From Ramazzottius varieornatus (Eukaryota; Animalia; Tardigrada): a DNA stretch of 64,000 nucleotides. The translations under genes and the position numbers were made by a program. Under the pieces are notes generated by a model. It was not told the origin of the DNA and made no database searches. It was given only the letters and a program-made list of their open reading frames with translations. Location: assembly GCA_001949185.1 (NCBI GenBank), contig BDGG01000001.1, forward strand, positions 3,365,324 to 3,429,323, read 5' to 3'. Positions 14,401-35,800 of the stretch are shown in pieces (position 1 is the stretch's first letter; each line of letters opens with the position of its first letter).

Positions 14401-17400
14401 GTTGGTTGCCCGAAGTATTAACCACCCCACCGAAGATGTACATACACCCCGCAGGGGTAACTGTGGCGCTATGAAAGTAGATCGGCATGGGCAGTCGATC
14501 TTTCAGTTCCTCCCACTGCAGTGTGGTCAAGTCCAGCCGCCAGATATCGTTGTACATGGTCTCTGTACCATCGAAGCCCCCACACAAGTAGGCATAGTTC
14601 ATGAACTGCACGGCTGCGTGGAACTTGCGTGAGTGTGGGTAGCGATTACCTTCTGTCGTCCCTTTGCTTTCTAGTTCTGACCATTCGTTTGTCTCAGTGT
14701 TGAATGCGGGGACTTTGACGAAGTCAAAGACTTCTTGTACTGTACCACCACCCAGAACGTAGATGTACTTGCTGAATGTTACACATTCGTGACGGTATCG
14801 GGGCTCGGGTATGTAGCCAGCTTGGTTCAATATATCCATGGGGTTAGCTTGATCGTATTGAGCGAGGTGCGACCATTGAACGGTTTCCAGGTTCAGGCGG
14901 TATACCTGGAAAACAACCAGAATACAGTACAAAGTAAACCCCTGCGACACCAGCCTGCATACAAAACCACCGGGTAAACATACGACACATTGCATGCTGG
15001 CACCTGAACCCTCTCGGTCCATCTAACAAATATTGTCGGTTACGGTTCGCGAACATGCGTACATGCCTGCTGCGTGACGTTACGGTCTTGTGTATGCAGG
15101 TGTATGGATAAATCCAGAAAGTTCTTCAGCTGCTTACCGACATGTTGTACTCGTGTCCGCTGGTTCCTCCCATGACGTAAATGTTCCCGTCCTTAAAAGT
15201 CAGACTCTGTCCATAGCGAGGAGTAGGCAGCTCTCCTCCGCATGATATCTCACGCCATTTGTTTGTGGAAAGATCGAAAGCGTGCACTGCATTGCTGCAT
15301 CGTTCGCCTAGAAAGTTACTGTAACCGTTCAGCCCTAGTAATACTCCTGGTCACAAAACCGTCAAAAACAGACTAAAATACTTACCGAAAGGAAACCCGG
15401 TCCCTCCGAAAACCAGAATTGTGGACCTAAGAAGAAAAACTAGATGCGCACTCGGTTGTAGCTGAGAAGAGAATTTAGGCTTGCTTTACCCAAGTAGCAC
15501 CATCGAGTGGGAAGCAGTTTCAGCGGGACAAGCGTTGTCGCTCTTGATTTCTGTCCATTTCCTGGTGCAGAAGTTGAACTTCCAAAGTTCAGGGAAGAGG
15601 CCGAATGTTTCATTCTGCAGATTGTTTAACTGAGGATTGTACCCGCCGAAGCAGTATAGGTTGGTCTCATCGGCCACAATGCGATGGCCTGACCGAGCCA
15701 TGGGTTTTCGGAGGCCTTCTCCATCATGCATGATCACGCAGTCGTACATCGAGCGGATATTCTCGTTCGGTGGATTCTCCCTTCGCATGGAAGAGTTCCT
15801 ACCCCCGGCCAAGCGACGAACTCTCGATGTCATCTCTAAAACGCAGAATAAATGAGAACCACTTAATCGAAACTGCAATCAAGGATAGTCATTTGATTGC
15901 GGCGAAAATGGGCCAACACAAACAACTTACCAGCAGTGAGGTTTGATAACAGAGCTAGTAAGTTATCCACTTTAGGACTTCCTGGTTTCCCCAGTACTGC
16001 CGGTGGAACTATCGGAGGATGAAGAGAGAAGAGCTGGCCTAGCTGTGAGGGTGAAGTTTGCTGTCAGCTGTTGACAAGAAGACTTTTGGCACGAACGTGT
16101 AGTTTAGAAGCGGGTAAGCCACGGATTCGTCTATTCTGGCGATATCCGAGTGCTGTCTGGAACTTGCTGCAGGTCAAGAGTTCCGAGGTCCCGTGTCAGG
16201 CACAGAGGAAAACTCAGGTAACGATCTGGAGTAAACGGAAATGAGATGCCTTGGCCCTTCAGAAGCTTAGAAATACAGTCCAGTCGCTCGAGATGTGTAC
16301 ATCGCTCTCCGATTTCAAAACTGCAAAATCACAGTAAGCACAAGACTGCTTGCCATAGCCCTTATTGATTATTTGTTCAAAGGCAACAAAGGCAGCCTGT
16401 TGCATTTACTTTTCGCTCTTCTTCTCAAATTTCCGAACTTTCTCTTCCCTACCGCGCCGCGTGTTTCCCAGACAAGCAGTGAAGAGTTGAGAATACGTCC
16501 GTAGACTGAAGCTTTGATCGACAGAAAGGACATTTGATGGAGTATATCTCACGGATAAGCAGTAAACGACGAGAGGCACTTCCGGTTGATCTCTGCAGCC
16601 GACAAATCCCTGTTTCCAGCGAACTCGTCTTGCTGACCGCTGAGATGGCATCTGGATCTAATCCTGCTGGTAATGGGTCCACTGTTGTTGCTCGAGGAAG
16701 GACTGGCGATAGGCTGACGTTGGAGGAAAAGCGAAAGATACTGGAACTATATCCGTCGCAGGTAAACCCTTGGATGTTTGCAGGGGAACCAGAGATCGTG
16801 GGCTGACCTGTTTTTGTTAGGTGACCCTGAGGGAAGTCACGGAAAAGTTCAACGTCCGCTCCCGATCGACTATTGCAAAACTTGGCAAACAGCGAGAGAA
16901 GTATCTCGCGTTGCCGGCTGACGTTCGCGGTAAAAGTATCGTATCCAGGAAGCGCAAGTTCGACGTTCTTGAAGAAGCGGCTATGAAATACCATGAAAAT
17001 TGTATTCAGAAGGGATTTCCTGTATCATTCACTGATCTGAAGAAGGAGGCACGGCTCGTAGCTACCAACTTGAATACAGAAAACTTCAAAGGCAGTCAAG
17101 GATGGGTTTCTGGTGTCCTTAGAAGAAACCAGCTTCAGACAGTGGTTTTGCAAGGTAGAATTCTACCTCTCGAAGTAACTTCTCTGAAGTTCTGTAGTAG
17201 TACAGCATTACTTGCAGGCGAAGAAGCAGGAAGTGATCTTAAAGTCGCGGAAGACTGGATAAGGGACAAGTTGCCTGAGATCCTTCAGGGATAAAAGAAC
17301 GCTGACATTTTTAATTGTGACGAAACCGGAAGCTACTGTCGCTCTACGCCTCGAAAGACTCTTCTTAAGGTTGGACAAAGGATGAAAGGCGGAAAGAAAC

Positions 17401-19032
17401 TGACGGAACGGATATCGGTCATGCTCTGCTGCAGTGCGTCCGGCGAGAAGCTTCCTCCCCTTGTCATAGGACGGTCCAAAAAGCCGCGTGCCTTCACCAA
17501 GGTAAAGCTAGACTTCAAGAAAGCTGGCTTTACGTGGGCTAACAACAAAAAAGCCTGGATAACAAGGGCCGTCTTTACTCTCTGGTTGAAAGAGCTAAAC
17601 GAAAAAATGAAAAAACAGAAGCGGCGAATCTTGCTCTTGCTGGACAACACATCAGGCCACAAGGTCGATAGTCTATCTCATGTGAAGCTCGTTTTCTTGC
17701 CTCCTAAACAAACTAGCAGTATCCAGCCTCTCGATCAAGGAATTATCAAGGCCTTCCAGGCACATGAAAGCGCTGCCAAAGCTGACCATCGCCGCGAAAA
17801 CAGAGAGAACTTCCAGAACCTCGAGGAATATAAAAGGTCCCTAACAGTTCTGCATTCGATCAAATGGATTGTGAAGGCATGGTCAGAAGTTAATAGTTCG
17901 ACTATACCAAACTACTTCCGCAAAACTGGTGCGTTCCATATGGTAGAAAACATGGAGCTGATCTTTGCTCAAATATATTGGCCGTAGCCTCTTGACGTCA
18001 CTTTCTTTTGTTTTTTTGCAAGCTATACTGTAAATGTTTGGCTGGTGGCAAGTTAGAATCGAAGAGCGATGTACACATCTCGAGCGACTGGACTGTAGAC
18101 TGAAATAGAATTCTAGGGATGCAATAACATCTCTGTGAAACCTTTACTCTACGACCTGCGCAAGCCTTTCTCAACGTTACTTTGGCAAGCTATTCGGTAC
18201 CGCAGCTGCAATATCTCGTGTAAGGTGACAGCACCTTCTCTTTTGATGTGGAAAACTTTAGTTTACAGCCCGTTCGGGCCACATCGCTACCACTCGAAAA
18301 AGCGCTTCGGAAAATCAACAAAGATAGCTTCTCCTTGTTTCTCACGGTGTTTCATACAACTTTTCAAGCTGATTCCACGGAATCATACGGCTTTCCAGTT
18401 CAGTGAAAGACAACCCGGCAAAAACTGAAAGTTTGACTTCCGGAATTTGGGAATTTGGTCGTTTTGCCGGGAAGCCCCCTTCCACGTCGAAAATTGCAAC
18501 TTTTGATTCGGCCGGTGCATTTCTGCTTTCAAGCATGGCGCAGGTAGCCTTCTGTGTGCTTGACTGTTAGCAGACAACATCAAGAAAACGATTTTTGAAA
18601 ACTGCCTGAAATTCTGCGAAAGTTGTCTTTCTCGAGGATCTTCCGATGTGACAAAAATAAAACATACTGCCTTGTCTCGTACAATTCGCCAAATTTTGTT
18701 ATTGATCATGATAAGCCATTGTTTTTGCTATATATGTATGCTGTTTTCGACGCGAAAACGTTTCGATGGAGAGAGCTATGATTTTCAGAAGGTGGTGGCG
18801 ATGTGGCCCGAACGGGCTGTACAAGTTGGAGTTCTTAACGTAGCGGCCTCTTGGAAAACTTGTAATAGGTTCTGGAGGATTTTTCGGCTTCGAAATAAAT
18901 AAAAATTCGGTTTTAACTCCATGCTAAAAGTTATCTTTTGTGCAGGATGAGGGTTGGCTCATGGGAGTGAAGGAATCTGACGGTCGGAAAGGTGTGTTTC
19001 CGGCGAACTTTACCAAACAATTACCAACCTAA
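11430..19032 (+). CDS. Amph: Amphiphysin/BIN1 (N-BAR, Pro-rich linker, SH3); last intron 14013-18945
   Basis: N-BAR ([47 protein letters not shown]). The SH3 is split as [34 protein letters not shown] | [28 protein letters not shown], last exon 18946-19032. Confidence 0.92.
13110..13240. repeat. Fold-back repeat copy in amphiphysin intron (ATTGG orientation)
   Basis: gatcgtgtatccaagtggcgcacgtttgcagtggtattggctgaaagcgtgctcctttgggg is the reverse orientation of the 13735 copy. Confidence 0.7.
13735..13866. repeat. Fold-back repeat copy in amphiphysin intron (CCAAT orientation)
   Basis: Arms ggacgcaggcaaac / gtttgccgacgtcc and caagtggcgca / tgcgccacttg around loop tcctctcagccaataataatgaaaacg. 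Confidence 0.8.
14225..15833 (-). CDS. KLHDC10: Kelch domain-containing protein 10 homolog, nested antisense in amphiphysin intron
   Basis: [60 protein letters not shown] and the C-terminal BC-box-like VPSLQELVW; a 5' UTR exon donor lies near 15930. Confidence 0.9.
16276..18095 (+). mobile_element. Full-length pogo/Tigger-family DNA transposon (1820 bp)
   Basis: Perfect 33-bp TIR cagtccagtcgctcgagatgtgtacatcgctct at both ends, TA target duplication (16274-75, 18096-97), internal transposase gene. Confidence 0.95.
16645..17987 (+). pseudogene. pogo/Tigger (CENP-B HTH + DDE_1) transposase with two introns and an in-frame stop
   Basis: [46 protein letters not shown] (29 aa between 2nd and 3rd Asp). 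Introns 16762-16820 and 17155-17217; premature TAA at 17292-17294. Confidence 0.85.
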
Positions 19033-20295
19033 TCCTGTCTTCACGTCTTCTGCAAATGTCTCCTATATCAATGGTCTACCCAACTTCCGGATTTTCTGCT
19101 CGTCGCCCGAAATTTCAGTATATCATGAGTTTCACTTCTCAGCGTACATTCAGAAATCCTTTTTTGTGCAGTTGCAAGTCCTGCTTCCGGGTGTTGCCAA
19201 TTTGGTGCGCCAGCACTTTTTGCGTTTTGATCGTTCTTTAAGTTTTTAGAGCATGGGTAAGTGACGTTGTGGCTTTCTCTCAAGTGGTTGAGGTTCAATA
19301 ACGTTGAAGTTTACATTCGGGACCACTTGAAATTATTTAATTACTAAATACGATTCTTTGCCTGATGCCCGCTTGATCTTGATGTTAGCTTTGTTCAGTG
19401 TCTAAGTTGCTTGCCTAAAACTATTGCACTGTGTTCGTAGCTTTTTCTCGTCTTCAATAAAAGTTCGTTAATTCGAATTTTGCAAGATAAATAAGCGCAG
19501 AAACGCCGCCGCTTTTGGGTCCTGCTGTGAGTTCGAGTTCCAACTTTATAAGGAAGATCGAATCGCTCGGATCTATAGAATAATTTTCGGCGGTCTCGTC
19601 TGCCTGTGATTTTCTGAAATTGATATTGACACTTCGATTTTCCATGTGCATCGTTTCGAAACTCTAATGTGACGTTGACTATTGGGTCTTAGTTGCATAA
19701 CCGCAGCGGTTATATAGTTGATCAGGAAGACGGAAGTTGTTTTAGTAGAGGACGATACGAGCGTCTAATACGCAGCTGTACTAAGAAGGAAAACAAGGAG
19801 TGCCTTGAAGGTCTGTCAAGGAGAGTGGGAAGAAGCATTTGGGCAGGACGAGGAAATCTTGCAAGACCGGGAACGCACTTGAATATCCGTCAGCACTTTG
19901 GCTGTGAGCTAGCCTGGCGCTCAGTTTACAATCGATTTTCTCCTCCCAGCTGTAGCACAAAGAGCCAGCTATGCTGCAGGATACCGTACACTGGATGTAT
20001 GCAACAGCAATCGGTCGGGGTTCCACACGGAATGAGAGGCGATAAAAGACATGTGTGGATGGATGGTACGTCGTCAGTATTATCACAGTTGTTTCCATGT
20101 CACGCGAAAAAGGCAAGTAAACTCAAGACACTTCCAATTTCAGTCGTCGTGGATTTCTACATCACAAGTGTCCATCATGATTTTAGCGTGGCTGCGCGCC
20201 TCGAAGAACCTTCGGTGATGGGAGGGAGCTCAAGAGGACCGGCTATGAATCTTCGAAGTAGCTCGTAGGCTCTGTGGATACTCCAGCATATCGCC

Positions 20296-28008
<7,713 letters not shown>

Positions 28009-30172
28009 TCTCTTGCCTTCTTTCAAGTAAGAGACGTCGGGCTTCCGTATGAAGAAGATGCGTTCTCACAGTTTGTGTTACTCAAAGAAGGATTCACTTT
28101 GACGGTCTTACCGGATCCTCCGGAAAATGCTAGATCTCTTTTGATGCATTCATGTGAAAGTTTACTTTTCGTCTGATGACGCTGTAGAGGTCTGTCGAAC
28201 CCGAAGATCCTGTCCCGTCAAAGCAGACCCACAGTTCCGGTTCTCCGTCAGACGAGCGATGCATCGCTAGCGCGGTCTTCGAAAGAGAGCAACTCCATGA
28301 CAGATCTCGGAAGCTGCCTGTCTAAGAGACAGCTCTCTTCCGAATCCTCAGCGCTTCAAACATCCAGGTACCACGACAAATCAATAAATGCCCATGGGAT
28401 AGTAGCCGTGTAGCACTCTGAATGCTGTGGTACTCCGTAGAAGTTCGAAGTCGGGGGGGGAGGAACATCTACGAGAATATCTGACTCTTAAGACGTAACT
28501 TTGAAGGATAAACGTCCGGAATACAAAAGGTTAAAGTCAATTCGGCAACTCGTCTGGAGAGAAGTCAGACACGCATAGGTATGAGTAGTGCGGTCGGAAG
28601 TCTGCGGAAGGTAGTGCGGCGCAGGCGTCGGGACAACATCTGCAGACACACCATTTTCGTAGCTGCGGAAATGAATACAGGCCTGTATGGTCTGTGCTGG
28701 TTGTTCACAATAATGCGCAGTTTGCTGACTTAATGGACAACAATTCCGCCGAATAATGGAATTGAACACATGGTAAACACTTGAACCCAGAGTAATTAAA
28801 CATCCTCTTAGCTCGGCCGTGCATGCCCACCGTTACACTATGTTCGCCAACCTTGGCTTTCCCGGAGTGGGCTTACCTGTCCAAACTGGTCAACCGTCTT
28901 TCTCAAATATCACTCGCTGCCGCGCTCACTTCCTCTCACCGTGACTGCTATTGGGCGACTACCGTATCCTCATGCATTTTTCATTCTAGACTATCCCAGC
29001 GGATTCGGCCTCCACTTTAGATTATGGCCAGACAGGCAGTTGAATTATGCATGTTCAGAATATTGGTACGAGTAATATTTTTCGGCAAACATAGGTTGAA
29101 GTATCAGAGAGCCGGTGGAAACTTTCAATGGTCCAACGCTTTGTGGTTCCAGGGACGTGGTCAACGACACGAAGTATTTCTTCCATGTATCTGGAAAGGT
29201 GAAAATTCACCATATTTTTGTTCTCTGAAACAGTGTACCGCGCGGAAAGATGCGTTTTTGGATTCTGGAAGAACCAGGAAGAGCATGTTACGACTTATGA
29301 AAGACTGAGGAGTATGCAGGCCAACATGCTCGACGGGACGTCTTCCGGTGACGTCAAGGACCTACGCGCACTGTCGAAATCGATGACGACATGGAACAAT
29401 AGTAAACAGCCCCTCTACGTCGTCCGCATAGCATTTGTCAGAAGCAATAATGTAGATCTGACGAATGACTTACATCACTGTAGGGAAGTGACACTTGTGA
29501 ATGAGAAACCCATCGCCAGAAAATATGTGGGTGTAAACGGTATCTCTACGGTATCGTGCTTCAGTCTTCTGAAGCTTGCTCCCTGGTCTTGGAAGAGTTG
29601 ACGATCTTGCCCACGAAAGAGCACAACACATACCCCCCTCTCCCCCTCCAGAATACCAGTGTATGGAATCGTTGTTTTCTAGATTTCGATTGTAAAGGTC
29701 AGAAGATGCTCACGAGCTCTGCCACACGAAAGTCGCGAAGGAATAATTTCCTATATTTAATATCGAGACTCAAACCGTCTGTCAGATTGTCTGGACTTGC
29801 ATTCCGGTTGGATATGATAATACGTTTCTGCTTGCACGACCGCACGCAGTTTCCGGACAGATTTTGATTATCGTTTCAGGTCCTTGGACGAAGACCGCCG
29901 AACCGGGAAACCAAATGGAAACGGAGGGGGCAGTCCTTTACGTATAGGGGCGTGTCTCTACGTCAACCGTGCTTTGTGAGTAACAACATGACTTGCCAAA
30001 GGTAAATAGCGCTCAACGCATTTCCTGCTCGCTCCTGGAATAAAAGCCAATCTTCCCCGAGGTTGATGCAGCCAATTTTCTCTTCTCCCTCCTCCGGTTC
30101 TGATCCAGGTCTTGCAGGAGCGTAGTAACGTTGCATCATCCGCGTGTTTCCTGCCTGGATCGTCAGCTCAGC

Positions 30173-31164
30173 ATGGCCGATCCACGACTGAGGAATCTCA
30201 AGGTGAAAACTGGAGTCGTCAAAAGGTACTGGATCATTTTGTGCATCGTTGTTTGATTGACTGATTTTTCCGACACCATTGTTCTATCTTGCAGCTGGAA
30301 CTTACTGAGCTTTTTCCTTTTTAGATTATACCGGGAGAAGATATCGTACGAGAAGGAGCTCGAGAAGGAACGGCAGAAGCTCACAAGCATGCGCCAGAAG
30401 GGGGAAGATGAGTATCGTGTCAAAAAGCAGGTAATTGCTTGATAATCATGGCAAGCCACACAGTGCACATTGCCGGAGCTTGTCTCCTGTGTTTTCCCTT
30501 CCGAATCACTCGGAATCAGGATGCAACGCATTAATTTAAGACTTCTAATTTGCTGGCAGGAAGAAGTGGTACAGGAATGCCTCATGATGATCCCCAACTG
30601 CAAAATTCGCCTCAATAACTCCTGGACGGACCTCAAGACCAGCGTGGTAACGTGTAAAAACAGAATGTTGGCTACTCTGTACTCGTAGCGGAAAACTTTT
30701 TAGGCGCATTTGTGGCTTTCAAAATAATTGCTTGAAGCTTTGTACTGAAAGGACTACCGTGTACGGGGTGGCTTTTACACCTTGAGATCTAATGCATGTT
30801 CTCGGAGAGTTGCGATAGTTGGCAGTTGCGCAAAAATTACTTCCGGTTGGACTGCTCCAGCCGCTTGAAGCCAAGCCTGTTCCCCGTGAGCTGTACCTTT
30901 ACCTTACGTGTATTGAACGTAGCATTCCTCCCGAACCCCGGAGAGGACAAAGCATGAGTGGTATCGCTGCTTGGGTAGCTGTGATTAGGAGTTCGTGTGA
31001 TACGTTTCTTGCACGCTGCACTCGCTTCTCGTTCCCTTTCTTTAATGGGTCTCTAACTTGCTGCCTTTGTTGTGTTGCAGGAAGCAGAACCAGGTTTCAG
31101 TAATACGGAAGAGTACCAGGAGGCCAAGAAGGTTTTGAATGAAGTGGAGCCAAATCTTCGTTGA
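30173..31164 (+). CDS. TBCA: Tubulin-specific chaperone A, 4 exons
   Basis: MADPRLRNLKVKTGVVKR|LYREKISYEKE...DEYRVKKQ|EEVVQECLMMIPNC...|EAEPGFSNTEEYQEAKKVL. Confidence 0.95.
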
Positions 31165-32802
31165 GGTCCGATGCATGTGGTGTTTTTATGTTTTAGCATT
31201 CCTCTAGTCTCCATAAATATTCCTGTTTAGCACGAAAGTTCTCTATACCTATCCTAGACGAGAAACGGTGTCTTACATCCAGTTCGGGTCTGTGTAATTT
31301 TCAGTTCTCGCGACCTCATGACTTTGCATGCCAGACCTTTGAAACTCTAAAGTAGTCGTTCGAATTCCTGTATGTGGACCTTCTAATCGAGGTTCCTGTC
31401 CGTCTTTGAATCCTTGAATTGGGTCCTAACAGTTTTGAGGTACTATAATATCAGTTACTACCAGAGAATGACAACACTTTCCTTCTTGGATCGATGATGC
31501 TTTGGTGACCAACCAGGCAATCTTTTCTGGTAGCGATCTTTTCCACTTTATGCATTGTGTTGGTCACGCACTTAGTCCTTTGCTAGGCTGTGTAAAGTTG
31601 AGACCGGATGGTGACTTTGAGACACCAACGTCATGATCTCACTGTTTGAAAGAGCCGTCAGAGGATAACATATTCCGAGACAGGCACCAACAATGTCGTT
31701 CACCAGGGTCCCTGCAACTTCCATTTGGAAGCACTGCTTTATATACAAGAAAGTCAACAGAGAGGTTTTCGGTGAATCCATAAACGCCGGATTACTTCCG
31801 GTTGCCTCACGTCGACCTGCGGTCACGAATACTTCATCTCATGCGAAGACTCTGAGTCTATGGATCGTCTTCCTTCGAACGCCGTCCGTCCCCTGTACCA
31901 TGCTGAATACTTGACCACTCTGCTCCTGAGGGTTTTACCAGATTTTTCGCAAGAGAGCCCGACTTTCACGAATTTCGAGCTCGTACGATGGAAAAAATAC
32001 GCGTATACAGTCGTCTCAAACTGTTTTACCTGCTGGGAATTGCTAGGGACTAGCTGTGTGTCTCGTAACACAGAAGCGATCTCACACAAAAAGGCTACAG
32101 ACCTGCCCTCTGTACTTCCGGGTACGCACCATCATAATTACATATGAGGGTTTCCTGCCTTTTAACGCGACACCTTCGAGATATACGCATCGTGTGAAAC
32201 GTTTGGGTTTTCAGGCAGGTACTCTATGAAATCAATTGGCTGGACCCTTCACAGGATTCCGTGATTAACTTCAGGGTTCTTTGCGGATTTTAATCATTGG
32301 AGTGGATTGCCCTGAGTGAGGGAACTGTAACAACTTTCCACTCTTGTGCGCGTCGTGATATTTGAATCCGCCAGACTTGCTAATAGCATGAGTCCTTCAA
32401 CAAATGAGTCTCATATCACAAGGGCTCTCGTTGAAGTCAGTAAGTGTGTACCAATCTGACAACCAGTAGTCCAGTACACAAGGAGCTGGACTTGTCTCGT
32501 TGTGTACCTATTAGATGACAGGCACAAAGTGGCTTTTCACAGGTGTAAGCGTCAGGAACACACAGTACGTTGTCTGTCCGTGCTGTCTCCTGTCCGTCGG
32601 ACATGCTACATGAAATATTTTTGTTGTGCATTATGAATGATATATAAGGTCTCTATAGTCCTCCGTCGTCGCCCGAGCGTCATAAATCTAAGTTATGTGA
32701 GGCGAGCATATCACGTGGGTCGTTCTCTGGACCGGCCAACTGACTGACTGGTTTGCATACTGTATGCATACTGATTTGCGTCATATAAGCAGAAATCCAA
32801 AA

Positions 32803-35800
32803 ATGAATTGGAAGATGGATTTCGTGTGGTTGACAGAATGCTTTGCTGCTGCTTTGTGTATAGCCTTTGGAGACTACCGTCCGATGGAAGTCCATATCGT
32901 CAGTCCAATGGTCAGCTCCCCGAACTTTCTTGCTTCTGCCGTGTTCAATGCCCCGCCCATGGAAATAGCGATCAGGGAGGTCAATCGGAAGTATCCCAAC
33001 TTAAACACTTCCTGGACCCTGATGACCGGCAACGAGATCGCGGACTGCTTGTCCATGATGTACAACATTGAGCGAGTGTTCAGTGACTACATGTTCAACC
33101 GAAACGTCCCCAGTGACGTCACAGCGGTGATCGCGCCCGGTACGTTTCGTACCCACCATTCGTCCGCTAACACAGCATAGTCACTATAGTGTATATGATC
33201 TCAACCATCTTGACTACTCTTTGATGTCGTGCAGGCTGTATGGAAGGAGTGCAGCTGTCTCGCATCTCCCGAGGTACTGTCATCGGAAAACTGTCCATTA
33301 CTCATCGTATCGTTGAAGTCGTAATGTGAAATACAGCTCGTTCACTCTTGTCGATTAATTTTCAAAGTGATTGCGAATTTGCTACAGTTCAAAATCAACC
33401 AGTTTATTTCGTTACAGAGTTTGGGCTGCCTATTATCTGGACGTAAGTCCCTGCCTAGCTTATTTCTCTGTACAAAAGCTAATCTGAGCATGCACAGAAT
33501 TAGTTCTGATATTGCACTGTATTGTATTCTGCATTTTTTATCCGTTTTGTAGCACGGGCTCGGCTGCAGAACTGGAGAACAAGGCCGTATACCCGAACGT
33601 CATTTTAGCCAGTCCGCTGGTTTTGACAACTACTCTATTCGTTACAACTACTCTATCCCTGATCCAGTACTACGGATGGGAAACCGTGTACATCGTTCAC
33701 GATACCGCTGGTCCCGCTTACGCAGCGGCTGTTCCTGTGGCTCGTGGTCTACAAGCGGCGTTGTCTCAATCTGGCGCCACCGTCTACAGACGGGGAGTTG
33801 ATCCATCAGTTTTGTCTGACTATACCGCAGTCCTGACGGACATCCAGAAACAAGCCAGAAGTGAGTACCTCGACAGTTTCTCACCTCCGCGAAATCATGC
33901 TCAGTCTCAATGTCTGACGGATTTCGCAGTCGTCTGCCTGGCTGGACATGCGTCCAGTGTCCGAAGCTTTATGGTACGGCTCGCGCTTTACTTGAACATA
34001 ATACGATTATAATGGCAGTAGATTAACAGACTACTGGATCAGCTATATGCAAGGCTTCTTCCAGGTTAGCGCGGCAAAAATGGGCATGACGGACGGGGAA
34101 TATGTACGGTAAAGTACATATGTAGCATACTGTAAATATTCGCTGCTGTCGCGCAACACGTCATCGTACACGTGAAGTGCAACCACGGTCCGGCTTCACT
34201 GTCTGCGCAACGCCCTGTGGGGGTGCATCGTCATGTACGTGTTTGTGCTGCGCGATGGCATCGAATATTCACAGTAATTTAATAATGGCCGAAAAGTCCC
34301 TGTACATCTCGAGTTCTCGACTAAGTTGAAGACAACCATACCGTTCTACTGTATATGTGCATAACTAGGTGTATATCGTACCGTCCCCTTTCGAGTACCC
34401 TCATCCAGGTGGGTACAGCCGCTCTTAAGTCACGTGTTTTTTGATTATGAAGCGTCGAAGCTAGGTTGATTAGTTTTGGCTTGCAGATTTCGGAAATCTC
34501 ACTTGGCAGAATTTTGATGAGCTCGACAAGGTAAGCACCTTGTTTCACGATCCACTTCGAGGTTGTTTCAGACAATTTTACTCTGCAGGTTGCACGAGAA
34601 GCCTATCAGTCGCTCTTCCTCGTCAAGCCAGGCGATATGACGTCAGATACATCAAACCTGAAAACGCGTTTTCAGGAAACAATAACTTTAGCACGCCTTC
34701 AGTATAACTTCACGTATGGGATCCGCTCTGGCATTCGGGAGATGGTAATTCGTTAGAGAACTTCCTAAGCGTCTGTCGATGTTTCAATGACATTATTTCG
34801 CAGCCATCTCCGTGTGCAGTTTCCGCTTACGCCGCTGTCCATATCTTGGCTGAAGTAAGAAAACATCAACGTACATCAAACCCTTTGAGAACGAACCTTA
34901 TTTTTCATACAATTAAATAACAATATACTTATATAATATACAGCATACAGAAAAATTTCGATCCCTTCGCATTAGGTGGACGTACTCGTAGGTAGACTGT
35001 TATACATCGTCGGCAAGGCACACTGTTCTGAAAAACTTTCTTCTGTAAGGTACTACAAATGCCCGACATGAAAGAAGAGGTGGAACACGAAACCGGGAAG
35101 TCCGTAGCTATTGCAAAATACTTTTGGAACCGTTGTTTCCCAACTCCCGTTGGGGACTTCTGCTTTGACGAAAATGGACAACGCCAGGTTCCGATGGAGG
35201 TCGTAATGCTCAATGCGACTACTGGTCTGTTCAGTCGGGTGAGAAAGAATGTACACCGTTTACTCGTTCAAAGTTAAAGTACACTGTAAAGTGCTTATAT
35301 CTTCCAGAGGATATTTCTACGAGCGATGGACAGCTTTATCCTTCAGGTGGAGGAGGAAGTGAATTGGGTATCCGGAAGCAGGTGGCCAGTTCTGGACAAA
35401 CCAGCTTGTGGATTCTCGGGTACCGAAGGACCCTGTACAAATGGCGATTCTGGACTGACCACGGTGCAGATGAATGCTGTGGTTTTCACCGTCATACTGT
35501 CACTGTTCGTTCTCCTGATCATCGTTCGGTTGGTGTTGACTGAGCACAGTACGTACTCCACCTTATTCCAGCACCGTACAAGAATGTTGTGCTCCTTCAG
35601 ACATTACGCGTCCAAGAAGTCCACCCGCGACCTCGGCTGGGATCTGATGCCACAACGGTTCCAGGTCGTGAATTTCGGAGCTTCGTATAGCAAAGCTGAC
35701 AGGCTACTCGATCGATTCGATACGTGGAGGGATAATAAGAACTCAACCCCACGGAGAGCGCTTTATGACGAGTACATTGTCTGGACAAAAGCCGTTCTAG

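Noticed and set aside
28488-29867. Short ORFs and splice-like signals between NALCN and TBCA
   Set aside because: No coherent model or homology; resemblance of ERCVFGFWK to a transposase motif is too weak.
30647-31080. Long TBCA intron as possible snoRNA host
   Set aside because: No convincing C/D or H/ACA box arrangement seen; an Rfam scan would be needed.
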